The notes under the pieces were generated by a model. That model saw only the letters and a list, made by a program, of their open reading frames with translations, was not told the DNA's origin and ran no database searches. The position numbers and the translations under genes are program-made. From positions 744,001 through 808,000 of the forward strand of contig CAJFCJ010000008.1 of the NCBI GenBank assembly GCA_904063045.1: a stretch of 64,000 bases of DNA, written 5' to 3'. This DNA comes from Dimorphilus gyrociliatus. Lineage: Eukaryota; Animalia; Annelida. Shown piece by piece: positions 12,968 to 24,591 of the stretch (the first letter of the stretch is position 1; each line of letters opens with the position of its first letter).

Positions 12968-13684
12968 GTTATTCTCCAACCATTTTATCCAATTTACTTG
13001 GGTTATATTATTACTAAACACGCTCAAATTCATGCTACAATAATTAATGACATAGTTCACCGAAAATCATCTTTATAAAACTATGTGCTTATTCTTATGT
13101 TACCTAGGCAAATTTTTAACTTGTTACCGTCATTGCCATTGTCATCATCATCATCCTCATCATCAAGTATATTTATTCCCTATGTGTTTTGTATATTTTA
13201 GTAATGAAGATATTAAATTAGTATTGAAAATCGTATTTAACTTTAAAGTTGCTATATGTTTATTTAATTGATAAGATCAGAAAAAAATATGTCTCTCTCG
13301 CGGAAATGGAGAAAGTTAAAAGAGTCTAGATGATAAAACTTATCAATTATAACACGTTAATATAACAGACAAAAAGAATTTTTAAGAGGTAAAAGCTTAG
13401 AAAGAGATAATAGAAACTGATGATTAAACGAGTAAACACGTACAATATATACAATATAATCCTGCGTTGTTTGGTATCATACGTCATCTTAGATAAGAAA
13501 TATCATCTATACTTAATATTTTTGATGTTTACAACAGCAAAGAAATGAAATATACAGTATATTACTAATAAATTACCGTTCTTTTATACACAGCTTGACA
13601 GAGAATAAAGGCTAATTCATTCCGGATTATAGAGTTGTTTGATTTATATTTTTTCTTTATATCCGTTGTATTTTTGAATATCTT

Positions 13685-14224
13685 TCAATTAGTCTTTAAT
13701 GATAGTAGCAATTTAATGAACTCTGAATAAAACTTCAATTCTTAAGAGATATACATGTAATAGCTATAAATTAATGCTATACCTTCGTAATTAACTTGCC
13801 CTTCTGAATCAACGTTAGCTTCGCTGAGCATTTCGTTAATTTCAAGTTCGCTCATTAATTCTCCTAGAGTTTGCATAACGTGCTTTATTTCCTCCACAGC
13901 CAAGTAACCATTTCCTTCTCTATCAAATAATCTAAAGGCGTCTCTAATGTCGTCTTCGCTATCGCCTTCGTCTACTCTTCTTGCCATTAGAGCCAAAAAT
14001 TCAGGGAAATCTATATAACCACTTCCGTCCGCGTCCACTTCATTTATCATATCGTCAAGTTCTTGTTCTGCAACGACCATTCCCATTTTACGCATAAACT
14101 GCCCTAGCTCTCTTTGAGTGATCTTTCCATTTCCATCTCTATCGAAAAGATTAAAAGCCTCCTGATATTTGGCTATTTCAGCAGCTGAAAACTGATTAAA
14201 AGCTTCTTGCTGTTCTTTATTCAT
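13685..14224 (-). CDS. Calmodulin-like EF-hand protein
   Basis: Exon 14224-13783, 60-nt intron 13782-13723, last exon 13722-13685 (EFIKLLLSLKTN*). EF loops DRDGNGKITQRE, DADGSGYIDFPE, DREGNGYLAVEE, NVDSEGQVNYEE. Too divergent to be bona fide calmodulin. Confidence 0.92.
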
Positions 14225-14913
14225 AATTGCTTATTCTTACGTACACCTTCTTCGACAATTTTCAGCTTGGAACAGCTTTTCTTTTTACTCCCCAACTGCC
14301 AATTCTGATCGATCAAAATGTATTATAATCCCGGAGGGGAAAAAAAGAACTTAGGGGGGCGAGGGTAGTTGAGGTATTACAAGCTCGTGACAATCTCATT
14401 CTTTTCGGTAGTGGGGATTAATGCAGCCGATATATTGAACGCCCTTCGCATTCAATTTTTATAGTTATATACAGTATGTATAATATATACAGTATATATA
14501 GCAAAAAACTTTTTAACAAGACGGAACAATAAGTCGTGGCTGAATATCACTGACGAATTCATATAGTAGAGAAAAAGGAAGAAATCTCTTATATTAATAC
14601 AAGAGGATATAATATTTGTACGCTAAATTGAAAAGAAAATAGAGTAGGATATTTTTCTTATTCATTAGATTATTCTTATTCTGTTAAACGATTAACCTAA
14701 ATAAATATAGGCCTTTTGAGAAGGTTTTAAATAAGTTTTCAATCTATCTTAATTGTAAAATGCATAAGTTTTATTCAAGTTCTGTAAGGTAATTCATTTA
14801 TTTATTACTAAATATATTAAATTGATGTCTTATTAACTTTCTATAGATACTTTAAATGTGATATTTATCAATTATCGCTCATTATTCATTACCAATTAAA
14901 CATCTATTGAATT

Positions 14914-16268
14914 CTATTCATTACAAACTTCTTTTACGAAGTCAGCTATTTCATTGTAAACCCTTTCGCAATTTTCCTTCATCGCTCCTGTTTAATGAAA
15001 AGCTTTTAGAGGGAATTTACTCTTACTAATTAGTTTTAATTTCTACCGATCAGATGAAAAAACCCATGAACCACTCCGTTTACTTCGACGACTCTTACGG
15101 GTTCGCCTGCTTCTTTAAACTTCTTAATATATTCTTGAAAAGAAATATAAATTTCTCATTTAAATATCATTTTCATATCAAAAAGGACAAATTTCCTAAT
15201 TATAAAGCACCTCGACTTTCGTCTGCTACTGGATCTATTTCTGCAATAATGATCATGGCTTTCGGAAGACCTTTAAAACTACTTCGGTGAATTGGAAAAA
15301 GTCTCGGGTCGGTAGGATCAAAGAGATCTTTCTGTATATAGTTACCATAAAACCTTGAATAATGGAAATGGACAGCTATAAGTAATTTTTCTAAAAACAA
15401 TTTTCAACTATTTCTAACCATTCAGCGTCTGCTCTTGATAATCCTGCAGAATAGCCATATTTTTCTATTGAAGGTACAACATACGAACAAACTTTCGGAT
15501 AAATTAGAATCTGAATTAAAGTATGGTAATTAATAAAACTTAATCGTTTCTCTTATTATATACTTTTACTCCTTTTATCTGAAACCTGAAAATCTAAATC
15601 CTTTACATCATGTGCGGTAGTTGCTGAAATGTGACCACCAGCACTGTCACCAGAGATACCGACTTTTGATTTCTTAGAACCTCCTTCAAAAGAAAATTGT
15701 TATAGTCTGCTTTATAAGTTTTCTAGGAAAACAGTCAACCTATTTGGTCTTTATTTTGCAAGACCCAATTTACCGCAGTAAGACAATCATCTGGTTGAGC
15801 AGGCCATTTATATTCTGGAGCCAAGCGATACCCAATACTTAGAACAATAGCCTTACATTTCCTGTAAACAGAATAATGCATATGCACAGTATATACTAAT
15901 CAATTATGTTAATATAAGATGTAAAATTTTGATATTTACAGGGACATAAGCCTACAGCAGCTGTCATATGAGTTAATTGATCCAACTGTATGGCCTCCAC
16001 CATGGCTGTAAACGATAATAGGACAGCTTTCTTCCCTGCCATCCGGTTTATAGAGCCTTGCCGGAATTCCAGAGTCTAAGTAGGTACAAGGAATTTTGAT
16101 ATCCTCAATTTGACCCTCGTAAGATATTTTTCCAGAGAAATTCCTCGAAATAGTCTCGTGTCTTGCTCTTGCATCTTCCACGCTTAGTTGATGGTACCGT
16201 TTTAAATTTAATTTGGCAACAGCGTCTATATAAGCACGGGCTTCTGGATGCATAGTTAAATCTTCCAT
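14914..16268 (-). CDS. Hormone-sensitive-lipase family (GDXG) alpha/beta-hydrolase, about 7 exons
   Basis: Spliced translation gives HGGG oxyanion motif (VYSHGGGH), YRLAPEYKWP, catalytic GDSAGG, ILIYP, AEIDPVADE (Asp), VHGFF (His), ending VKEVCNE* at 14914. Confidence 0.92.
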
Positions 16269-17674
16269 GTTTTGTTCTCAGTTCAAAATTCAAACAGGCC
16301 AAAGTCAATTCTCAGTATCTCAGTATCAGTGTGTTTAGGTCTATGTTATTCAATGCCAATATTGTTAGTATAAAACAAGTTTTTTTATTATTGAGATTAG
16401 TACATGTTATCCTCCATATTGTCTTTTATGTATCAATATCTAACATTAACTAAAGATGGAGCCACATAAAATATCTGATTTGTTTGTTTCTTTTTTAAAA
16501 ATTTTGAGAAAGGCGGTTTTTTTTCTGATTCTACACATTGACAAACCTTTATAGATATGGAGAAGAGCAAAAAAATTGATGACAAACAACAAAAACAAAA
16601 ACAACAGAAATCGATTTTTCAACAAAATTTCTTCCTAATTAGATAATTTTTTACTCTTTTCCGCCCCTGTAGAGCTTTAGGTTATTGTACAAATTGTTTG
16701 TGGCTTTTATGGGGTCAGCTGTCCTAGATTTTAGATTTGTTCCATAGAAAATAGATCACTAAAATAGATTACCCTTTTATTTACTGCCCTAATGAGAGAA
16801 ACCACGATGTAGTTCGTCATGTTTGTTTCTAAATTTAATTGAAACTTAAGATCCTTCAAATATCCTGTAGTAACGTAAATTAAGAGGTCTCTTAACGATG
16901 TTTCTTTACAGAGTGAACACTGACCTTCTGCCTCTCTTTTATTTCTACACCAAAAAAGATAATTAGGCTTCTCCTAAAAGATCGGAGTAACTCCCTAAAA
17001 AATCCCTGGCAAAGCGTTAAGGAATAAATTAGTTATTTATAGATTGATCTGAAAATCCAATTTCTCTTCACTTGACAGATAATTTTTTGATTCTTCTAGA
17101 TGAAATTCATGGCATAGTAGCATCCATTTAGCAATACTTATTTATAAAAAATATATTATCTTTAGGCTATACAACATTCAATGAAATGTTCTATGTGAAT
17201 TTTTAACGAAAACACACTTTTTATTAAATTCTTTGAGAGTAATAATATAATTCATAATTAAACATTATACCCGTATATACAATATATATTGAATTATCTA
17301 CGAAAAGTTGACGAAAGGGACAATATGTATATACTCTGTATATTAAAAATATAACACATAGCGCCATCTTTCGTTACTGCTAACATAAAACAAAAAACGC
17401 TTAAAAGAAGTTCAGTTCTTTTTTCTTTCATACTTTATAAAATAGAACAGCCTTTGTACAAATCGTGACGTAATAGAGAATATTATTCCTTCATTTTTTA
17501 AACATTTTCCTAGAATTTATCTTCTATAACACTTTTATATTAGTTAAATTAGTTCGTTATATTTTATGAAAGTAAGAAATCAATTAGCATCAAAAAATAG
17601 ATTCTATTGATATATTCATTATTTGGATCACTAAAGGAATTTATTCTTAATCTCTAAAGATACGCAATTTAACT

Positions 17675-17815
17675 AGAGAGAGAGAGAGAGAGAGAGAGAA
17701 AATAGATTGTACTAGGCAAAAAGATAAAAATGAATAAATAAGAAAAGATTGAGATTAACAGCTTTTTATTAGATTATCTCTTTGTATTTGTAAGAGGAGG
17801 AGGAGGAGGAGGAGG
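17675..17815. repeat. (AG)n and (GAG)n microsatellites
   Basis: AG run 17675-17698; GAG run about 17794-17815. Confidence 0.9.
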
Positions 17816-19330
17816 GACGGAGGTAAGAAAATAAGATTGCAGAGAAGTAAAGATAGAAATTTTAAATAAAAACTTCATTACATCTGTCTATCTCGATAAA
17901 ATATCATTTTAGCCTTTCACTTTGCATTATATACTTTATATTATTTTCAATTGAATTACTTTGATTTGTGAAAAGAATATTCTGCTAATTAATATTTAGA
18001 AGGTAATTTAAAGAAATTAATAGAACATAATAAGAAGGAAAGAAAGGTCTAAGAAGAGAGTTATGAAGGGGATATTAGTTTTCCATTTACCTTTTTATGG
18101 ACATTATTAGAAATCTGCTTACGATAGAGAGTAGCCCAAGATAGTCTGCGTTTGTCATTGATGACCGTCTCATTTGAGAAAAAAGATTTGAAGTATATGA
18201 TGCATTCCTTTTTCTGTAGTCTTCTTCCCTTTCATTTCTTTTATTGCATTATCAGAATGATTTCCATCTATTAAAAATGCGTAGATGTATATTTTATTAA
18301 TAAATTATCGTTATTACTATTTTTAAGTAATTAATTACTAATATTCCAGATTAGAAAATTTGGGAAAAGGCCTAAAGAATGAATTAGAAATAGCAGGATC
18401 AATTTGTCTGCTCCCTTCTAGTCCTATATGTGTTTCGTACTGTAAAGAAAGGAAGAAAGATAGGAAGATTCAGAAGGGGGAAAAGAGGGTGAGAATAAAC
18501 CAAGAAATTTATTGATGATAATTTTTAAGCCGGGAAGGTTTCCTCGAAATCTCTTCTATCCCTATATGCTAATTGTACCCTTAACAACTTTATTACAAAA
18601 TCGAAGGCCTTGCGACTAAATAAAAAACTGAATGTTTCCATTACATTCTCTATCTGATTCGTCTATCTATTAGGAATAAAAGATAAGTAGAAAATATCTA
18701 ATTAGTTAGCTCGAATTATCTTGGAAAGAAAGAATTATAAAATTAACATCTACATTTTGACAAACAAGTACAGAATTTATTATACTATTTGATATTCAGC
18801 CTATTAAGCTTTCAGACAAACTACATGCAAACAATTTTTTTCTATTTTACTTTTTATGATATAGATGTAGAGAAATCTAAAATAAACAATTGATACTCTG
18901 TGATTGTATTATAATATAATATAAAATAACCTTTAGGCAAACAATATAGTTTTTTCCTCTTTCCTTATTACTTACGTAAAAAAAAGTTTTTTACAATTAT
19001 ATAGGCCCAGGAAGAGTTTTTCGTGCCACTAGAGGGCTTGGTAAATCAAATGTCATTTCTCGTCCTATTCCCAGAGACGAGAAAAGTTTGGTATGTGCAA
19101 GAAGAATAGCCAATAAACAGATAAATATATATATATATTTATATATATATATATATATATGTGTGTATATTGATATATAGAATAAAGAGAAGAGATTAGA
19201 AGATATCGAAAACTAAGAAGAGAAGTAGAGACAGCTAGTTTTTCAACAGTTTATCATCTCATTTAAATAGAAAGAAAAAAAAGTTTCATCTTATTGAAAA
19301 AAGTCAAAGATTCTAAATTCTGAATTGAAA

Positions 19331-20146
19331 ATGAAAACTATTTGTTTTCTAATATTCATTGTTCTAATTGCAGTTGCATTTGCAGTTCAGGTTTGCAATT
19401 TTTCTTTTAAAGGATTTTAGTTTTTTATTACATTATTTTACGTAGGTTATATATTTCATTTCTATATTAATATGTTAAATATGATATAATTTTTGAATTT
19501 GTAAAGATTTGTAAGATGAACGGTTTAATACATTTAAGAGAAATTCTCTGTTTAACGCCAGCCAAAAACATGGCAAAGCTATCAACATGTCATTTGCAAA
19601 AGCTCATTACAGGCCTCGTAAAGATAGAGGCTGGTATTTTGATGCTATCGAGGTCCAAATCCTTTCGTTAATGATGTCATTTACGTGCTGCATAAATTAA
19701 ATATATAGAAAAGCATATACATGTATTTGTATTTATATATGCTGTATGTAAATTAATACTAATGTCAGTATTACATTATATTCCTATGTTACAAGTTAAA
19801 GATTATACATGTATATTATAAATGTTTTTCTTCATTTTCAACTTAGGCAAGGGAGGCCAATAGGGATTTATCATCCCGTTTTCGTAGAGATCTCGAACCG
19901 GACGCGCTAATCAGACAGAAGAGAGTTAAAAGATCTCTCAAGCGTTTCGGTGACGATGATGAAGACTATGAAGGTGCAGAAAACTTAAAAAGAAAAAGGG
20001 AATGGAGAAAGAGAATTACGAAGAAAAGAGACGATGAACAAGACGAATTCGACTTTGACGAAATACGTGAACTTTTGGCAAGAGAAGAACTACGTAGGAT
20101 GATAGAAGATGAAAAAAGATCGTATCGTCGTCGTAAAAGAAATTAG
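19331..20146 (+). CDS. Secreted prohormone-like precursor, 3 exons, about 157 aa, not in the ORF track
   Basis: Exon 19331-19390 MKTICFLIFIVLIAVAFAVQ (signal peptide, cag|gtttgc); exon ~19539-19652 (5' boundary uncertain); exon 19847-20146 (ttag|gca, 99 codons open) with many KR/RR sites and acidic spacers. Confidence 0.75.
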
Positions 20147-20726
20147 ATGATTGTTTGTAATGAGAATCGTCGTTGAAAAGATACTGTAGCAATTTTATGT
20201 AATTAAAGATTAGTCTATGCCATGAATCATACATATAGAAACAAAAGTTGTATTAACAAGCAATAAAAGTCTTATATTCAATTTAAAGTGTTTCCAATAC
20301 TCTAAATAGAAATGCTATTGAAATCTATACGTATAAATACAGTACATATCTCTCTTTCTCTCTTGTAGATGGATTTTCATACCTAAAGTTCTATTAAATA
20401 TTCTACATTATTAATATTTTTTATAAACTTTATATAACAAATCATTAAAATTTTTCATATTTGAAAGAGAAAACTGGTAGTATTTTTTACGCATTGTAGG
20501 TATATACTATCCTTTTCAGAGCTGCTATCTAATTGTGTTTCCTGACTCAGAAAAACCATTCAATATCTTTTTAATGGATTGAGCATATGGTTTATTCAGA
20601 AATTTTGTTCCGATTATAAATAAAATCTTCAGGTGATTGTTATTCAGAGACATTGTACAAAGTCATTCATATTTTTCGATAGTATACTAAAATTTGATAT
20701 ATTTCGTTGGGTTCATTTTTTCGTTA

Positions 20727-21406
20727 TGGATAGTACTGTGTCCCAAGGTGGTGAAAGTAGGAACCTAGATCGTCTCCAAGAAAAAGTTGATGAGCAAAAC
20801 AAAGTTATCAGCGTTTTGGAACAAATATTAAAGAAAAATTCTATGACAATAGAAGATGGTTTAACGGACGACGATGAATTTGTCAAACCTAAAAATAACT
20901 GTTCTACCCTAAATATTTTCGAAGATGAAGAAGATATAGAGAGCGATTATGATTTGTGTATGGAAACTGAAGATGAATTTGTAGTAGGTGCAGCGATAGA
21001 GGTTCCTATCCCATCTTATATTAAAAAATTGCAAGACACAATAAAGCAGAAAGAAAGAAATAAAAATGAATGGCTTGAATGCAGTTCAATTCTTTTACAG
21101 AAACTCTCAAAACTCTTGTCTAAGGAAAATGAAAAAGATGATGATTTAACAAAACTTCAATTAAAACAAGCGTTAGAAGATTTCGAAGCAGAGAAGAGAG
21201 AAACGGACATTGCTCGGAAACGTGAAGTTACACTAAAACAGGAATTATCAGAATTACACAAAAAACTATGTAAAATAGACGCATCCCAATTAAGATTATC
21301 AGAAACGGAAAAATTAAAGTGGCTTGCAGATAGAAAGTATCTAATTCTTGATGAAAATTTTAAGAAATCGGAAAAAATTGATAAATCATATGATACAGTA
21401 GACTAA
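20727..21406 (+). CDS. Single-exon acidic coiled-coil protein of unknown function
   Basis: Long ORF (20633-21406 in the track), first in-frame ATG at 20727 (MDSTVSQ); heptad-rich E/K/L composition; no recognisable family. Confidence 0.7.
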
Positions 21407-21597
21407 ATAACTTCTAGAATTCTGCTATATTTACTTCTAGTATATAATATTGAAACCATTCATGTTTTCAATCATGAATGTAAATTAATAATTCGTGCTG
21501 TAGTTATTCAAAAATCCTGTTACAACACTTAAAATCTTTTTTTATTTTCGTTTTTTCTTATTTCTTTATTGGGTTTTTTTTTCTATTAATCTGGAAA

Positions 21598-22963
21598 TCA
21601 TTCAAGAATGATTGAATTTATTATTTCAATAGCTTGTTTGATCAATGTTTTATCATTTTCTGCTACACTGCATAATAAAAGCGCAAATATTTTATATAGC
21701 TCCATTCTTAACTTTAACTTCTCGTTTGAAACATAATTATTAACTTTTTTCCAATATACTTCATGGAACTCTTTACCAAAATTATTCTCTAGTTGAATGA
21801 TTGTGTGGTCAGCCTCCAGAGGAGAGTACGAACACATAGGATCGTATATAACTATAATAAAATTAATATATTCTTTAATTGTAATTTACAAGTAAAATTG
21901 GGCTAACCAATATCTTCGTTTACTTCTCCTATATTAATCGAACACAAATCTCCATGGTTCAGAGACGGCCAGAAGAAGGCATCTTTAAAAAATTCAGGTA
22001 ACTTTCTTTCCAGTAAACTCCATTTTTCAATTAATTCCCTATTACCAAACTGAAAAGAAATACGAATTTTTTGTCTATCTTTTTCATTTTACAAATTGTA
22101 AATATTTTACCTTTTTCTCAACTTCATCAAATTGAGCTTTCAACCAAGTTTGACAAAAACAAGTCTGAAGGGTATTTACTTTTAAGATATGAAAGTGACC
22201 ATAATTAGTTCATAAATTACCTCCCAATCATCGAACCAACGGTTCGCTTCAATCTTGAAAGTTGGACCCATGTAAGATGAATAATTATATCCGAATTTAC
22301 TAACTGCAATTGATTTTTCATATTTGCCAACAACGTTGGCCTCCTTACGTTCTTTCATTAACTTTTTTGGATTATCGAGGTGTAGACTAATGAACAGTAA
22401 TACGTATTCTTTTAAAATTTATTTTAATCTTGACAGAACTCACTCTGCAACTTGTTCACCCAGTTTGGACCATAATTTTTCAACTGGTTTTAAATTTTCA
22501 ATCCAATCTACTGCAAACATTGCACCTCTGTCCGGATGCTTTAGAACCTTTGTTTTGTTATGAAAGAAACACTTTAAGCATATGACTTGATTGTTTAAAG
22601 AATTATATGAGTAAAACCTTTATTGGATTAGGAACTTGAATGGCTTTCGTTGATCTTATATCAATTATACTTTGAAATTCTGATTCAAACATGTCCAATG
22701 CCTGAAATAATTTTCAGTTGAAATGAATCTAATTAACAACAGAAAACTAACTGAAACTTTAGTATATTCAGAAATATACTTACATTGTCTCTGGAGGAAT
22801 ACTTGACGAAAATTTTCTTACCATCCTGAGTTTCATATAAATTCGCTTTATTTACAATTCCTCCTGTTACTTTTGAGAGTTTTTTCAATTTCCCGAAATC
22901 TAATTCATTCTCCAAAGTCTCTTTTATTTGGCATTGGTAAGTATCATCACTTTCTTCAGTCAT
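21598..22963 (-). CDS. Fructosamine/ketosamine-3-kinase-like protein (divergent), about 7 exons
   Basis: Spliced: GGIVNKANLY..KIFVKYS|ALDMFESE..IQVPNPIK|..LWSKLGEQVAE|LHLDN..SKFGY..|..PSLNHGDLCSINI|VIYDP..RMELYKIF. FN3K-family architecture. Confidence 0.85.
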
Positions 22964-23760
22964 TATGTACTTTAAAGTAACAATTACTTAGAGTGTTTAA
23001 AGCTCGGTGAAGAAATGAAAAACAGAATATTGAACCGGTTACCGAGTTTATACTAAAACTGGATTGTCAGTGTTTCACATGTTTTTTTACTTTAGTAAAT
23101 CTTATTATTAAATCAACAGTATCTTAACATATTCAATATAACTTTTCAGACACATAAAAATAAAGTTATATGTTAGTTACATTTAGTATCAATAGACTGT
23201 ATAAGAAAATTAACTTAAAGAGATAATACTAGAAATGAATGTGTTTCTTTTTTTTATGTAAGATAGTTTATGAATTTTTCAATTTTTTCTTATTAACTAT
23301 ATATTTATAATCAAAAATACGAAATTTTTAATTAAAATTTAAAATGTTGTGTAATTCCGCAAAATCATTAAACTCTAGCACAATTACATATAGTAAATAG
23401 CCTAACTACAATCCAAATTTAGTAATACCAATAATAATAATGCCGTTAACCGGTTAATTGTTAATATTCCTTCTGATGGATATAAGTATTATTTTCGTGC
23501 TAGATTTCATAATCTGTTGCAATATAGGTAGAAATTCATTGATATTCTTTAACACTAATATTAATGTCTTATCTCCTGAAAAATTAGAGTAGACAAATAT
23601 TTTCGTAAGTTAAATATACTGTGTATTCAAATATTATTAAATATTCATTGTCATAGTTTATATATTTTTGAATTTGAAATAGAATGTCTATTATTTTGAA
23701 AGAATGATATTTGGAATGAGGAACAATTTTTAATCAATAACGATGGAATAGAATGAAATT

Positions 23761-24279
23761 TTGGATATATCTTATATGAAAGATATGCCAAAATCTTATA
23801 CTATAAAACAACGTCGTTGTTTCAAAGCTCCTTATTATAGATCTCATTCGAAATCTGTTCAATTTTCTATCAGAGCAGAAAATACGATGGAGGAAAAAGT
23901 TGCTGACTTTAAGAGTACTATTCAATTGTTAGAAATGAAACCTTCGAAATCTATTCTAAAGGTTAAAAATTCCGATAGTAATTTCTCTTGTAGAGATAAT
24001 GCAGACGTTACTTCCTGTGAAGAATCATTAAATCATTTCTATGAACTATTTTCAACAAAGAATAGTCTAAATTCTATTGATAAACTTCAAAGGTCAAACT
24101 CTAAAAACAAGAAAATTAATACCAATATTAATAACTCAGCTAATCAGCTAGTTCAAGAGTATGAGGAATTCTCTTTAGATGATAATTCTAAGGAATTTAC
24201 TCGAGATAATCAACAATTATCAAGTAAAACAGATTCTTTGATATCTACAAAGGACAAAGTAACAGTAAATCAATTTTAA
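23761..24279 (+). CDS. Orphan Ser/Asn/Lys-rich ORF, possibly an exon of a larger gene
   Basis: 172 codons open in very AT-rich DNA; no recognisable domain; exon structure unresolved. Confidence 0.45.
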   Translation: MDISYMKDMPKSYTIKQRRCFKAPYYRSHSKSVQFSIRAENTMEEKVADFKSTIQLLEMKPSKSILKVKNSDSNFSCRDNADVTSCEESLNHFYELFSTKNSLNSIDKLQRSNSKNKKINTNINNSANQLVQEYEEFSLDDNSKEFTRDNQQLSSKTDSLISTKDKVTVNQF

Positions 24280-24591
24280 AGACTAAAAATAGTATTAAAA
24301 TATTCAATGAACTGACAGCTAAAAAGACACGACTTGTAGGTCAATGAACTGTATTTAATTCTCTCTCTATCTCTCTCTTCTTTAGTCCTTTCCTTCCTTG
24401 AAAATATATATACATATATATAAAATATTTATTGTTACTTTTTACAAATAAAGAGAATAAATATAAAAAAACTTGAAAATTCAAACAAATCAAAATTTGA
24501 TGTAAATTCTTTAAATTTTTACTCTCAAATATATAAATTATTTTTGGAGGAAGGCAAAAAATTTACATATAATAATAAATTAAAACAAACA

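Noticed and set aside
16731-16973. 80-codon stop-free minus-strand frame with a CxxC (CSLC)
   Set aside because: No proper start or linked exons; frames of this length are expected by chance in 64 kb.
19056-19084. 9-bp inverted repeat TTTCTCGTC..GACGAGAAA upstream of the prohormone-like gene
   Set aside because: A single short stem with no supporting context; plausible by chance.
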